32,000 bases of DNA, from NCBI GenBank assembly GCA_963718585.1, contig OY970357.1, forward strand, positions 420,001 through 452,000, in the 5' to 3' direction. Source of the DNA: Candidatus Saccharimonadota bacterium (GTDB lineage Bacteria > Patescibacteriota > Patescibacteriia > 2-12-FULL-60-25). A model generated the notes under the pieces. That model saw only the letters and a program-made list of their open reading frames with translations. It had not been told where the DNA came from and did no database searches. Of the stretch, positions 6,901 to 18,005 are shown piece by piece. The position numbers were made by a program, and so were the translations under genes. Within the stretch, counting starts at the first letter, position 1. Each line of letters opens with the position of its first letter.

Positions 6901-8895
6901 ATGCATAAGTTCGTTTTGTTCGCTCTTGTATTCAGTCTCGTCGCGTGCGGCGGGAACGTCTCGATCGACAGCACGGGGACCCCCGATCCGGGCGTTTCCG
7001 GTGCCGCCGGCTCGTCTGATGTTCCGCCCGGCACCGGAGGCTCTGGTGCAGGCGGACAGGCGGGCGCGACCGGGATGGGCGGTTCTCCGTCCGCTGGTGG
7101 CGCGTCCGGTGAAGCTGGCCAGGGCAACCAGGCCGGTGCAGCTGGACAAGCTGGCATGGCAGGAGCGGCCGGCATGGCAGGCCAACCCGGGACCGGCGGA
7201 AGCGCTGGGATCGGAGCGGCAGGTCAGGCCGGTGCGGCTGGCGCGCCTTCGTGCACGCCGACCGTGACGTTCACCACGACATCTCATCAAGACGGCGAGG
7301 TTGCCGTCGGTTCCGCGGGGGTCACTGTCCTCAAAGGAACGCTTTCGGCTGACGATTGCAGTGACGTTGAGATCAGCAGACTCACGTTCATCTTCACGTC
7401 ACCGGACTTCGACAATACGGACCCGGCCAGCCAGTCGGGATACTGCAAGGCACCGTGTTCTGCGCCGTCGGATTGGAACTTCCAGAACCTCACGGTGGAG
7501 AGCCAAGACAATGGCTCGACGCTCATGGGGCCGCTGGCCAGTCCGAAGCAAGGAGCGAGCAACCAACCCGCGGTGCTCGACTTCAAGGATGCGTTCACCC
7601 TCAAAGCCGGAGAGACCAAGCACATCGCGGTCGGCATGATGGTTCCGTCGCCTCTGGCAACAGATGTGGCGGGCAAGCGGTTCGAGGCGAATTTCATCGG
7701 TCTCAATACGGCGTCATACAGCGTCTTGGTGTCGAACGATACGTCGGCGGATCCCAACGCCACCTTCACGGTCGTATCTGCACTGTATCCGTTGACCGTC
7801 CAACCTTCGACGAACATGCCCTCACCGCAGATCGTCATCGGCGGGAAGGACGTGCGGGTCCCCTTCAGTACTTGGGACATCACCAACGGATCAAGCGGTG
7901 ACATCGTGGTGACGAGTGCAAACATCCGTCAGGTCGATCCGAATGGCGACAATGCGGACTTCACCATGGTGGGGCTCTCGGTCAACGGTACCAGTGTCAT
8001 GTCAGGCGTTGCGACGGACCCGAACGATGGCAATTGGTCCGTCGACGGGCTGTCACCACTCACGATCCCGGCGCACGGCACCGTCGAGGTCACGGTGTGG
8101 GGGAAGATGGCGAACGTCGTTTCCAGCTCCAGCGCGAACGGTGCGTGGAACGGGGTGGCCCGATCGGGTCATTCACCGTCCCTCGCGATCGCAAGCGTTC
8201 GGGTGAAGGAGACGAATGCGTTCCTGGACGTCCCTGTGGCGTCCGCGACGCTGCCATCCATGGTCCTCCGTAAGAGTCAGCCCTACGTCACGAAACTCCC
8301 GCTTGTCTCGAGTACGCTTATCGAAGGCGCGGACCAGGATCTGTTCACGTTCCAGGTCACGCCGGATCTCTCGGGATCGATCGAGCTTGCGCAGTTCGGG
8401 ATCGCCTGGACCAAGTCCGTCGGCATGAGTCTGTACAGCATCGGTCTGCGTCGCGGGTCGACGGAGCTCACCTTTTCGGGATCTGCCAAGATCGTCAGCG
8501 ATCCAGACCGAGGTGGGAACCCCGTCCTCCCGCAAGAAACGAACGGCGTCCTGATGTTCGATCTGGGCGACATGCCGATCTCGAGTTCGGGGGATGTCTT
8601 CACCGTTCACGGGACGTTCACGGGGACCGTACCCGGATCTTCCGTCACGTTGGGGTTCGATCGCGTTCCTGTGGACACGATCCCCGTTACCGCGTTCCTC
8701 GAAAACCCTGCGTCGGGTCCTGAAACGCACCTGTGCACGGTCAACGGGTGTTACCCGACGCCTGGCATGGATGCGTACATGGGAAGCTTCCTTTGGAGCG
8801 ATCTGACGGAGGTCCCCCACTCGTGGAGTTCGACCGACTGGACGAATGACCTGTACGTGCAGGACATGGGCCAGACGCAAACGCTCATGCGATAA
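6901..8895 (+). CDS. Large surface lipoprotein: lipobox signal, collagen-like Gly/Ala-rich tract, three beta-rich modules, Cys-containing C-terminal tail
   Basis: MHKFVLFALVFSLVAC has the signal-plus-lipobox form. Next comes about 105 aa of G/A/S/Q/P low complexity with Gly-X-Y runs (GAAGQAGMAGAAGMAGQPG). Three modules with a recurring pattern follow. No catalytic motif was recognised. An alternative in-frame ATG lies at 6829. Confidence 0.7.
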   Translation: MHKFVLFALVFSLVACGGNVSIDSTGTPDPGVSGAAGSSDVPPGTGGSGAGGQAGATGMGGSPSAGGASGEAGQGNQAGAAGQAGMAGAAGMAGQPGTGGSAGIGAAGQAGAAGAPSCTPTVTFTTTSHQDGEVAVGSAGVTVLKGTLSADDCSDVEISRLTFIFTSPDFDNTDPASQSGYCKAPCSAPSDWNFQNLTVESQDNGSTLMGPLASPKQGASNQPAVLDFKDAFTLKAGETKHIAVGMMVPSPLATDVAGKRFEANFIGLNTASYSVLVSNDTSADPNATFTVVSALYPLTVQPSTNMPSPQIVIGGKDVRVPFSTWDITNGSSGDIVVTSANIRQVDPNGDNADFTMVGLSVNGTSVMSGVATDPNDGNWSVDGLSPLTIPAHGTVEVTVWGKMANVVSSSSANGAWNGVARSGHSPSLAIASVRVKETNAFLDVPVASATLPSMVLRKSQPYVTKLPLVSSTLIEGADQDLFTFQVTPDLSGSIELAQFGIAWTKSVGMSLYSIGLRRGSTELTFSGSAKIVSDPDRGGNPVLPQETNGVLMFDLGDMPISSSGDVFTVHGTFTGTVPGSSVTLGFDRVPVDTIPVTAFLENPASGPETHLCTVNGCYPTPGMDAYMGSFLWSDLTEVPHSWSSTDWTNDLYVQDMGQTQTLMR

Positions 8896-8918
8896 GGAAT
8901 TCCCCCTGACCTCATCTC

Positions 8919-8966
8919 GACCCCGGCATGTATCCGCTCTCGCGGAACGTGACCGGGGTCTTTTTT
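8919..8966 (+). terminator. Rho-independent terminator after the lipoprotein gene
   Basis: Outer stem GACCCCGG (8919-8926) / CCGGGGTC (8953-8960), inner stem TCCGC/GCGGA, then TTTTTT (8961-8966). Confidence 0.65.
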
Positions 8967-8970
8967 ATTC

Positions 8971-8999
8971 TTGTCGCTCGGTCGCGCGTCGCGTACGGT
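8971..8999 (+). promoter_or_regulatory. Weak putative promoter with leaderless geometry: TTGTCG-N17-TACGGT-N8-ATG(9008)
   Basis: The spacing matches the other candidates, but the -10 hexamer is poor: only T1, A2 and T6 match TATAAT. Confidence 0.25.
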
Positions 9000-9007
9000 C
9001 TTTTCAT

Positions 9008-10837
9008 ATGTGCGGCATCGTCGGATACGTCGGGTCGGACGAGGCGGTCCCTGTACTCCTCGATGGATTGAAGCGATTGGAATATCGCGGATATGACTCT
9101 GCGGGGGTGTGCGTGGCGAATGGACCATTGACCGTTGTGCGTTCTCCCGGACGGATCGCAAACTTGGAATCGCGCTTGGGCGATCATCCCCTTTCCGGTA
9201 CATCCGGGATCGCGCATACACGCTGGGCGACCCACGGTCCTCCGACCGAGATGAATGCGCATCCGCATCAAGACTGTTCATCGCAGATCGCCGTGGTACA
9301 CAACGGGATCATCGAGAATTACGGCGATCTCCGGCGGGAATTGCAAGAACACGGACATGTCTTCGCCTCTGAGACGGATACTGAAGTCCTCGTCCATCTG
9401 ATCGAAGAAGAGCGAAAAAAAGGACGATCACTTGAAGAAGCGGTCCGTTCTGCATTATCCCGTGTCCGCGGAACATACGGGATGTGTGTCATGGATGCCC
9501 GTGAACCGAATCGGATCGTGACCGCCCGTCTCGGAAGCCCGATCGTCCTCGGCGTTTCGGATGAAGGGCATTTTGTCGCATCGGATGCGAGCGCGATCAT
9601 CGGGCACACGCGACGCGTCGTGTATCTGGATGACGGCGAGATGGCGGTGATCGAACCGGGTCGCTATCGCGTTCTCTCGCTTGACAATCGCACCATCACA
9701 AAACCGATCGAAGAATTGGATTGGTCCGCGGAAGATGTCCAAAAGGACGGCCATCCGCATTTCATGCTGAAAGAGATGCTCGAACAGCCCGAGGTGCTTT
9801 TGAATACGTTGCGCGGCCGCGTGGATACAGAGAACGGCGTAGCGATCCTCGGAGGGTTGCGGGATGTTGCCGAACGGCTCCGGACGATCGACCGTTTGAT
9901 CATCGTGGCCTGCGGAAGCGCCTACTACGCCGGCATGGCCGGTGAGTACATGCTGGAGGCGTACGCGGGCGTTCCGGTCGAGGTCGAACTCGCGAGCGAG
10001 TTTCGCTATCGCGACCCGATCCTGACGTCACAGACCGCCGTTTTGGCTGTTTCGCAATCAGGTGAGACGGCGGATACGCTTGCTGCCATCCGAGAGGCCA
10101 AGCGGAAAGGAGCGTTGACACTCGGGATCGTGAATACGGTCGGCTCAACGATCGCGCGGGAGACCGACGCAGGTGTCTACAATCATGCCGGTCCGGAGAT
10201 CGGCGTCGCGTCGACCAAAGCATTCGTCTCTCAGTTGACGGTCTTCGCGCTTTTGACGCTCTTTTTAGGCCGCCAGCGATCAATGACCTCCTCTGCCGGC
10301 CGTGAGCTCACAAAAGCGCTTCTCGACCTTCCAGAGCTGGTTCAGCGGGTCCTGGAGAAGCGTGAGCAGATCGAGGAGGTTGGGAGGGCCTGGAAAGATG
10401 CTCGAAGTTTCTTTTATCTGGGACGGACCTATGGTGCGCCGATCGCATTCGAAGGCGCGTTGAAGTTGAAGGAGATCAGTTATATCCATGCAGAAGGATA
10501 CGCAGCTGGTGAGATGAAACACGGACCGATCGCCCTCATCGATCCATCGTTTCCGAGCGTGGTCATTGCACCGGTCGATGCCGTGTACGAAAAGACGAAG
10601 TCGAATATCGAAGAGCTCCGTGCACGCAGCGGACCGGTCATCGCCGTGACCACCGAAGGGAATCGGGATCTCGATTCCCTCGTAGACCATGTGATCGAAG
10701 TCCCGAAAACGCATGAAGCGCTCCAACCGGTCGTCAATGTCTTGCCACTCCAATTATTCGCATATGCGGTCTCGGTCGCAAAAGGGATCGATCCAGATAA
10801 GCCACGGAATCTCGCAAAGAGCGTAACGGTCGAATAG
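9008..10837 (+). CDS. glmS: Glutamine--fructose-6-phosphate aminotransferase (isomerizing)
   Basis: N-terminal MCGIVGY (Ntn nucleophile Cys2), tandem SIS-type regions (VSQSGETADT) and the C-terminal end ...NLAKSVTVE typical of GlmS. The track ORF start at 8846 is upstream read-through. Confidence 0.92.
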   Translation: MCGIVGYVGSDEAVPVLLDGLKRLEYRGYDSAGVCVANGPLTVVRSPGRIANLESRLGDHPLSGTSGIAHTRWATHGPPTEMNAHPHQDCSSQIAVVHNGIIENYGDLRRELQEHGHVFASETDTEVLVHLIEEERKKGRSLEEAVRSALSRVRGTYGMCVMDAREPNRIVTARLGSPIVLGVSDEGHFVASDASAIIGHTRRVVYLDDGEMAVIEPGRYRVLSLDNRTITKPIEELDWSAEDVQKDGHPHFMLKEMLEQPEVLLNTLRGRVDTENGVAILGGLRDVAERLRTIDRLIIVACGSAYYAGMAGEYMLEAYAGVPVEVELASEFRYRDPILTSQTAVLAVSQSGETADTLAAIREAKRKGALTLGIVNTVGSTIARETDAGVYNHAGPEIGVASTKAFVSQLTVFALLTLFLGRQRSMTSSAGRELTKALLDLPELVQRVLEKREQIEEVGRAWKDARSFFYLGRTYGAPIAFEGALKLKEISYIHAEGYAAGEMKHGPIALIDPSFPSVVIAPVDAVYEKTKSNIEELRARSGPVIAVTTEGNRDLDSLVDHVIEVPKTHEALQPVVNVLPLQLFAYAVSVAKGIDPDKPRNLAKSVTVE

Positions 10838-10945
10838 GGTTGAAAAGGGAGTGCTTTACAGGGTTCACCCCTCCCCTCTCGACAACCACAAAGATTCGTG
10901 TTACAAGCGAATCACGGCCCATTCCTGAAAGGAGACCTAAACAGG

Positions 10946-11674
10946 ATGGAAATCGGGATCGTCGAGTCCTTTCCACAATCACAGGGAAACGGTTTCGTCG
11001 TTTCATCCATGACGCGCGAACATCTCACGTTCAACGTCACGGAAGGGCGTAAGATCCGTATAGGTGCGAATGCGCCGGTCTTCAACTCGAAGCCTGCGCG
11101 TCGTACCCCCCAGCCCGGAGACCTCATCGTCTTTGAGCGGAAACTGACGGATCGTGGATCGGCTCATGCCGCGCCGTGGGGGTTCTACAGATCGTATCGC
11201 CATGCGTACAAGGCGCTCGTTGCCCCTTGTATCCCAGGGCACAGCCTTCTCGAGTACCCCTTTTTGCTCGACGTGTTGATCCTTGCTCGGTCGCGGTACA
11301 TACCTGGCCGATTCAAGGTAAGATCAGCTCCGTTGACCAAGGAGGTCCTCGAAAGCGTTGGCGTCGATGACATCAGCGCATATCGGCTCAAATACTACTA
11401 TGTCGCCAACCGCATGGCACCAGCGAGCTGGTTCGTCCATGAGCTGGAGGCGACCTACTGGGTTCGAACCGAGAAAGAGCGACGGCTATTTGGGACTCAT
11501 ACGGTCAAACATCAGGTTGCACGCCTCGGTCTGGATCCCAGAGATGACGACGTTCGACTCGTCCTCCTCGAAGCAACGGATCAAATGAGCAAGGTCCGCG
11601 TCGCGGACGAAACGCATCGGGTGCACGCCTACCCGCTCGATCAGCGCCGACAGCTGACCGTGTACCTTCCCTGA
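10946..11674 (+). CDS. Hypothetical protein with a cold-shock/OB-like N-terminus and an unknown C-terminal domain of about 170 aa
   Basis: SD AAAGGAGA lies 8 nt upstream of the ATG at 10946. The gene has its own terminator at 11702-11725. The N-terminus MEIGIVESFPQSQGNGFVVSSMTREHLTFNVTEG...PGDLIVFE loosely follows the CSD pattern GxVxxF..GFGFI...vFvH...G..V.F. No family was recognised for the remainder. Confidence 0.6.
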   Translation: MEIGIVESFPQSQGNGFVVSSMTREHLTFNVTEGRKIRIGANAPVFNSKPARRTPQPGDLIVFERKLTDRGSAHAAPWGFYRSYRHAYKALVAPCIPGHSLLEYPFLLDVLILARSRYIPGRFKVRSAPLTKEVLESVGVDDISAYRLKYYYVANRMAPASWFVHELEATYWVRTEKERRLFGTHTVKHQVARLGLDPRDDDVRLVLLEATDQMSKVRVADETHRVHAYPLDQRRQLTVYLP

Positions 11675-11701
11675 AGTGACGACACTCTCCGTCGTCCGAT
11701 C

Positions 11702-11725
11702 GCCTCTCTCCTTGGGAGGCTTTTT
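11702..11725 (+). terminator. Rho-independent terminator for the 10946-11674 gene
   Basis: Stem GCCTCTC (11702-11708), 5-nt loop, stem GGGAGGC (11714-11720), then TTTTT (11721-11725). Confidence 0.65.
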
Positions 11726-11753
11726 GATATCAAAAGCCCCTGATGTGCAGGGG
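11726..11753 (-). terminator. Rho-independent terminator ending the long minus-strand gene array after the tagA-like gene
   Basis: The minus strand reads CCCCTG-cacat-CAGGGG followed by cttttgat, 31 nt downstream of the stop at 11784. Confidence 0.55.
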
Positions 11754-11783
11754 TTTCGTTCACGAACCCGTCTCTGCATGTTT

Positions 11784-12560
11784 TTAATGTCGAGACGTTT
11801 CCTCGGGTCGTCGTGGGAGAAGACGATCACTCAGAACGGTAAGCGGGAAGATGATCACTGCGTCGAAGATCCGTTTCCATCTCTGCGGTTCCTGGAAGAG
11901 GCGCCACAGCCATTCCAACCCCATTTTCCGAAAGCCGTCCGGTGCGCGGCGTTTTGCGCCTGCCCAGTAATCAATGGTCCCGCCTATCCCGATCGCTACG
12001 TGGACACTCGGCAGATCCGGAAGGTATCTCGCCATCCATCGTTCCTGTTTCGGGTGTCCGAAGGCGACGAGAAGGATCTCCGGGGCGAATTGCGTCAGTC
12101 GGAAGCGCGTCTCTGCCCCCGCATCGTCATCCTCACCCGTATTAGTGATAACGCCACCTCGTTCAGCGAAGACCCGAAGTTCGGGATACGACCTCCGCAA
12201 TTTCCACGCGGCTTTGTCTGCATTCCCCTCTTCCCCGCCGATAAGCGCGACCGAGGTCCCTTTTGCCGCGGCTTGTTGGACCAATGCTTCCGCCAGGGTG
12301 ACGCCGGTCAGACGAGCCGGTTTGGCACCGTTCAGCCAGCCGGCGATCTTGAGCCCGAATCCATCGACGAATCGAAAATCCGCAGCGCGAAGCACGTTCC
12401 AGTATGCCGGATCTCGACGTGCGGCAAGCAGGATCTCCGGATTCGCAGTGACCACCGTGACGGGTTTCTTTTGAGAGCTGCGTTCACGGATCGCTGACAA
12501 CGCATGATCGAGATCATACCCGTGGATCACGAGTCCGAAGCAGTTGAATACCTGTGACAT
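11784..12560 (-). CDS. WecG/TagA/CpsF family (GT26) glycosyltransferase
   Basis: 258 aa with VVTANPEILL, FVDGFGL, LVAFGHPKQERW and IGIGGTIDYWAG blocks characteristic of GT26 N-acetylmannosaminyltransferase-type enzymes. Confidence 0.85.
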   Translation of the reverse strand: MSQVFNCFGLVIHGYDLDHALSAIRERSSQKKPVTVVTANPEILLAARRDPAYWNVLRAADFRFVDGFGLKIAGWLNGAKPARLTGVTLAEALVQQAAAKGTSVALIGGEEGNADKAAWKLRRSYPELRVFAERGGVITNTGEDDDAGAETRFRLTQFAPEILLVAFGHPKQERWMARYLPDLPSVHVAIGIGGTIDYWAGAKRRAPDGFRKMGLEWLWRLFQEPQRWKRIFDAVIIFPLTVLSDRLLPRRPEETSRH

Positions 12561-12565
12561 GTGGT

Positions 12566-13105
12566 TCAGTGGAACTTAAAAACCTTCAGATTCTTGTAGA
12601 CAGACCCGGTAGGGGTCGCGGTGCTGCGGATGATGGCGATCTCTCGCGGTCTCCATTCGATCGGTTCGACGTCTTCCGACCAATGTGTGAGCTTCGATCC
12701 CTTTTCCTTCCGGATGATGGATATGTGTGGTTTCCACGGTCTCCGATCCACGCCAGGCGCGACGATCGATGCGAGGTCGCGGACCGTCCGCACATAGCGG
12801 CTCCATTGCTGTTCATGATCCGGGGAAAGCTGGGCAACGACGCGCGTGGGGTCACGATGCGGAAAGGTCTCAAATCCCTTTATTTCGAAAACACCGCCGG
12901 GGGCCTGGCGGATGGATGAACCGATGAGTTCTGTGAGATGGTCAACATGCTGCTCTTTGACCTCGTCTAGGAAAGCGAGGGTCAGGTGCCAAAGAGAGGG
13001 TTTTATCGGCCTGTCCTTGCCAGGATAGGTCTCAATGTCGTGCCAGGCGCGAGCGAGCCGTTTTTGGAGCTGCTCAGGCACGGGAAGGCCGATGAAGAGC
13101 CGCAT
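12566..13105 (-). CDS. thpR: RNA 2',3'-cyclic phosphodiesterase / 2'-5' RNA ligase family (2H phosphoesterase)
   Basis: 179 aa starting MRLFIGLPVP, with two HxT/S motifs (WHLTLAFL and PHISIIR). Confidence 0.85.
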   Translation of the reverse strand: MRLFIGLPVPEQLQKRLARAWHDIETYPGKDRPIKPSLWHLTLAFLDEVKEQHVDHLTELIGSSIRQAPGGVFEIKGFETFPHRDPTRVVAQLSPDHEQQWSRYVRTVRDLASIVAPGVDRRPWKPHISIIRKEKGSKLTHWSEDVEPIEWRPREIAIIRSTATPTGSVYKNLKVFKFH

Positions 13106-13111
13106 GATTCA

Positions 13112-13576
13112 TTATAACGGATTTTCGTCTTTTGGGAGAGTTGATCTGTCAATCGTAGGGACATGACGTGCGACGTGCTTGCGTGCGACTTTATATCGCG
13201 CCAATTCCCGTTCCAATGCGGCCGCCGCGAGGGCGTAGGAGACGTCGTCCGTCCGAACCGCCTCATTCATGACCTTTTCTGCCCGCGCTTTCGCCTGTTC
13301 GATCACAGTGAGGTCAAGTTCATGCCCCCGTTCGGCCGTGTCAGCCAGCACGCGGACCTTATTCGCACCCACCTCGATGAACCCGCCGGAGACGGCGATG
13401 TCCTCCACGTTCCCGTTCGCGGTCATCTGCGCCACGCCTGGGACCAGGATCGCGACAAGATGGGCGTGATCCGGAAGCACGGTGATCTCCCCTTCCTTGG
13501 TGGGAAGGGTCACCTTGTCCGCCTCGGCGCGATAGACGACGCGTTCCGGCGTGACGAGTTCGAAGTGGAAGGGCAT
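13112..13576 (-). CDS. atpC: F0F1 ATP synthase subunit epsilon
   Basis: MPFHFELVTPERVVYRAEADKVTLPTKEGEITVLPDHAHLVAIL is a typical epsilon beta-sandwich N-terminus. It holds the last position in the atp operon. Confidence 0.9.
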   Translation of the reverse strand: MPFHFELVTPERVVYRAEADKVTLPTKEGEITVLPDHAHLVAILVPGVAQMTANGNVEDIAVSGGFIEVGANKVRVLADTAERGHELDLTVIEQAKARAEKVMNEAVRTDDVSYALAAAALERELARYKVARKHVARHVPTIDRSTLPKDENPL

Positions 13577-13657
13577 AGGGAGAGAGTCTAGAATCTGGAA
13601 GCTGGAATCTAGGTAAATATTTTTGTGTAAACGGTATTTCTCTCGCTTCTAGATTCT

Positions 13658-15942
<2,285 letters not shown>

Positions 15943-15945
15943 AGA

Positions 15946-17475
15946 TTATGCGGCAAACGAGGCGTTCCAGTCTTCGATCGCCTTCTTGAGACCCGTCTCG
16001 ATCTCCTCATCCAGGGCTTTGCGTTCCGCAAGCTGATCGATCGTCGTCTTCGCTTGGAGGTCGAGATGTTCGTGGAATCCCCGTTCCCAATCTCGGATCT
16101 TTTCCACCGGAACGGCATCCACGAAGCCGCGGGTCACGGCGTAGAGCACCGCGACCTGGTGAGGCATGGACATGGGTTCGTATTGATCCTGCTTCAATAC
16201 CTCGACCATGCGGCGGCCACGTTCGATCTGTTTCCGCGTGGTCTCATCAAGGTCTGTCGCGAACTGGGAAAACGCTTCAAGTTCGCGGAATTGCGCGAGG
16301 TCGAGACGAAGCTGACCTGCGACCTTCTTCATCGCCTTGGTCTGCGCAGCGCCACCCACGCGGGAGACGGAAAGGCCCACGCTGATGGCTGGGCGGATGC
16401 CTTTGTAGAACAGGTCGGATTCGAGGAAGATCTGGCCGTCCGTGATCGAGATCACGTTCGTCGGGATGTACGCGGAGATGTCCCCCGCCTGTGTCTCGAT
16501 GATCGGCAAGGCGGTGATGGATCCGCCGCCATGCTCGGCATCCACGCGACAGGCGCGTTCCAAAAGACGAGAATGGAGATAGAAGACATCGCCCGGGTAG
16601 GCTTCGCGTCCCGGCGGGCGTCGCAAGAGCAGGGAGACTTCACGATATGCCCAAGCATGCTTGGAGAGGTCATCGTAGACCACGAGCACATCCTTGCCCT
16701 GGTCCATGAAATATTCGGCGATCGCGCATCCGGCATACGGCGCGATGTATTGCATGGCCGCCGGATCCGACGCGCCAGCGATGACGACCACGGAATTTTC
16801 GAGCGCACCGCTCTCTTTCAAGCGCGCGACAAGTTTTGCCACTTTGGATTCCTTTGAGCCGATCGCGACATACACGCAGATGACGCCCGTCTCTTTCTGA
16901 TTGATGATCGTGTCGATGGCAATGGCGGTCTTACCGGTCTGGCGATCGCCGATGATGAGCTCACGTTGTCCGCGACCGATCGGGATCATAGCGTCCACGG
17001 CCTTGAGGCCGGTCATGAGCGGAACGTTGACCGGTTCACGCGTCATCACACCCGGAGCGATCTTTTCGATCGGCATGTCCTTTGTCTTGGACAGCTTCCC
17101 TTTCCCGTCCAGAATCTGACCAAGCGGGTCCACGACCCGGCCCAAGATCCCGTCACCGACAGGGATCGAAAGGATGCGTCCCGTTGCTGTGACCGCGTCT
17201 CCGGCTTTGATGCCCTGCCATTCTCCCAAGATCATCGCACCGACGCGGTCATGCTCAAGGTTGAGGACCACCCCCATGACGCCTGACGCGAATGTCAGGA
17301 GTTCCATGGATTTGGCATTCGCAAGACCCGCGATCGAAGCGATGCCGTCACCGACGTCGCGTACGATCCCCGTCTCCTCGCTCTGGCTCGAGACCTCGAA
17401 GGACTCGATCTCTTTGCGGAGGCGCTGTGCGATCTGCGCGGCCGCTGTGACGTTTTTGAGTTTCTGTTCAGACAT
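15946..17475 (-). CDS. atpA: F0F1 ATP synthase subunit alpha
   Basis: Walker [10 protein letters not shown], plus the YDDLSKHA and [20 protein letters not shown] blocks. Confidence 0.95.
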   Translation of the reverse strand: MSEQKLKNVTAAAQIAQRLRKEIESFEVSSQSEETGIVRDVGDGIASIAGLANAKSMELLTFASGVMGVVLNLEHDRVGAMILGEWQGIKAGDAVTATGRILSIPVGDGILGRVVDPLGQILDGKGKLSKTKDMPIEKIAPGVMTREPVNVPLMTGLKAVDAMIPIGRGQRELIIGDRQTGKTAIAIDTIINQKETGVICVYVAIGSKESKVAKLVARLKESGALENSVVVIAGASDPAAMQYIAPYAGCAIAEYFMDQGKDVLVVYDDLSKHAWAYREVSLLLRRPPGREAYPGDVFYLHSRLLERACRVDAEHGGGSITALPIIETQAGDISAYIPTNVISITDGQIFLESDLFYKGIRPAISVGLSVSRVGGAAQTKAMKKVAGQLRLDLAQFRELEAFSQFATDLDETTRKQIERGRRMVEVLKQDQYEPMSMPHQVAVLYAVTRGFVDAVPVEKIRDWERGFHEHLDLQAKTTIDQLAERKALDEEIETGLKKAIEDWNASFAA

Positions 17476-18004
17476 AGAGTTGTTGTTTCAATCGTTCGAT
17501 CCGTCCTTTGACGCTCGCATCCGCGCGCCAGTCTCCGACCGTGACCCGCAACCCACCTAGGAGCGACGGGATGATCCGTTCTCGGATCTCTACCGTCCCG
17601 TTGAAGCGTTTTGCGAGTGTTTTTGTGAGTGCGTCCTTGGTCGATGTTTCGAGGGGGGTCGCGGATTCGATCGTGGCTTCGTAGTGCTGCGCCCGTTCCC
17701 GGAAGAGCGTGATGACGGTCTCAGCACAGGCTGGAAATTCTTCGAGCAGGCCACGCGACTGCAGGGCGAGCAAGGTATTGACGACCCGTTTCGGCAGATC
17801 GGTGCCAAGGGCTTGTTTCAAGGCGTTTTGTCGTTCGATCAATGGAACGGTCGGCTCCGAAAGATCGATCAAGAGTTGATGATCTACAGCAAAGGCGTCC
17901 AACGCGATGCGAATGCCCTTTGCGACCTCGGTCACGTTGTGTGCGTCGATCGCAGCCTCTACGAGGACGCTGGCGATGTCAGATGTGATGCGTGCCGTTG
18001 CCAT
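17468..18004 (-). CDS. atpH: F0F1 ATP synthase subunit delta (OSCP)
   Basis: Its position lies between atpF and atpA, and the C-terminus [27 protein letters not shown] is delta-like. I chose the start at MATARITS (18004), just after the atpF stop. It overlaps the atpA start by 8 nt. Confidence 0.85.
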   Translation of the reverse strand: MATARITSDIASVLVEAAIDAHNVTEVAKGIRIALDAFAVDHQLLIDLSEPTVPLIERQNALKQALGTDLPKRVVNTLLALQSRGLLEEFPACAETVITLFRERAQHYEATIESATPLETSTKDALTKTLAKRFNGTVEIRERIIPSLLGGLRVTVGDWRADASVKGRIERLKQQLYV

Positions 18005-18005
18005 A

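Noticed and set aside
6950-7260. Short periodic DNA repeats (gcNggNcaNgcNggN) that might be a tandem-repeat locus or CRISPR-like array
   Set aside because: The periodicity is 9 nt or less and imperfect, and it lies in-frame within a long ORF. It simply encodes the Gly-X-Y/Ala-rich tract. There is no repeat-spacer architecture.
8173-8880. 235-aa and 212-aa (7287-7925) ORFs antisense to the large lipoprotein gene
   Set aside because: Both have extremely Arg-rich, low-complexity composition typical of antisense frames in G+C-rich coding DNA. The sense-strand protein has a signal peptide, a promoter and a terminator.
8896-9007. Possible glmS ribozyme upstream of glmS
   Set aside because: The gap is only 112 nt. 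The upstream gene's terminator (8919-8966) and a promoter-like segment 8 nt from the ATG fill it. There is no room for the ~170-nt ribozyme fold and none of its conserved core was recognised.
11486-11830. Minus-strand 114-aa ORF with a GIQTEA segment resembling the DSGGIQEEA block of UDP-GlcNAc 2-epimerase (WecB), a tempting partner downstream of the tagA-like gene
   Set aside because: It lies in the codon-aligned antisense frame of the 10946-11674 ORF, the classic shadow frame. Its N-terminal third runs through two terminator hairpins (11702-11753). No further WecB blocks, such as TERPE, continue in any minus frame downstream. The resemblance is probably chance.
11676-12497. 273-aa plus-strand ORF opposite the GT26 glycosyltransferase
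   Set aside because: It is the shadow of a motif-rich minus-strand gene, and it begins inside the terminator region.
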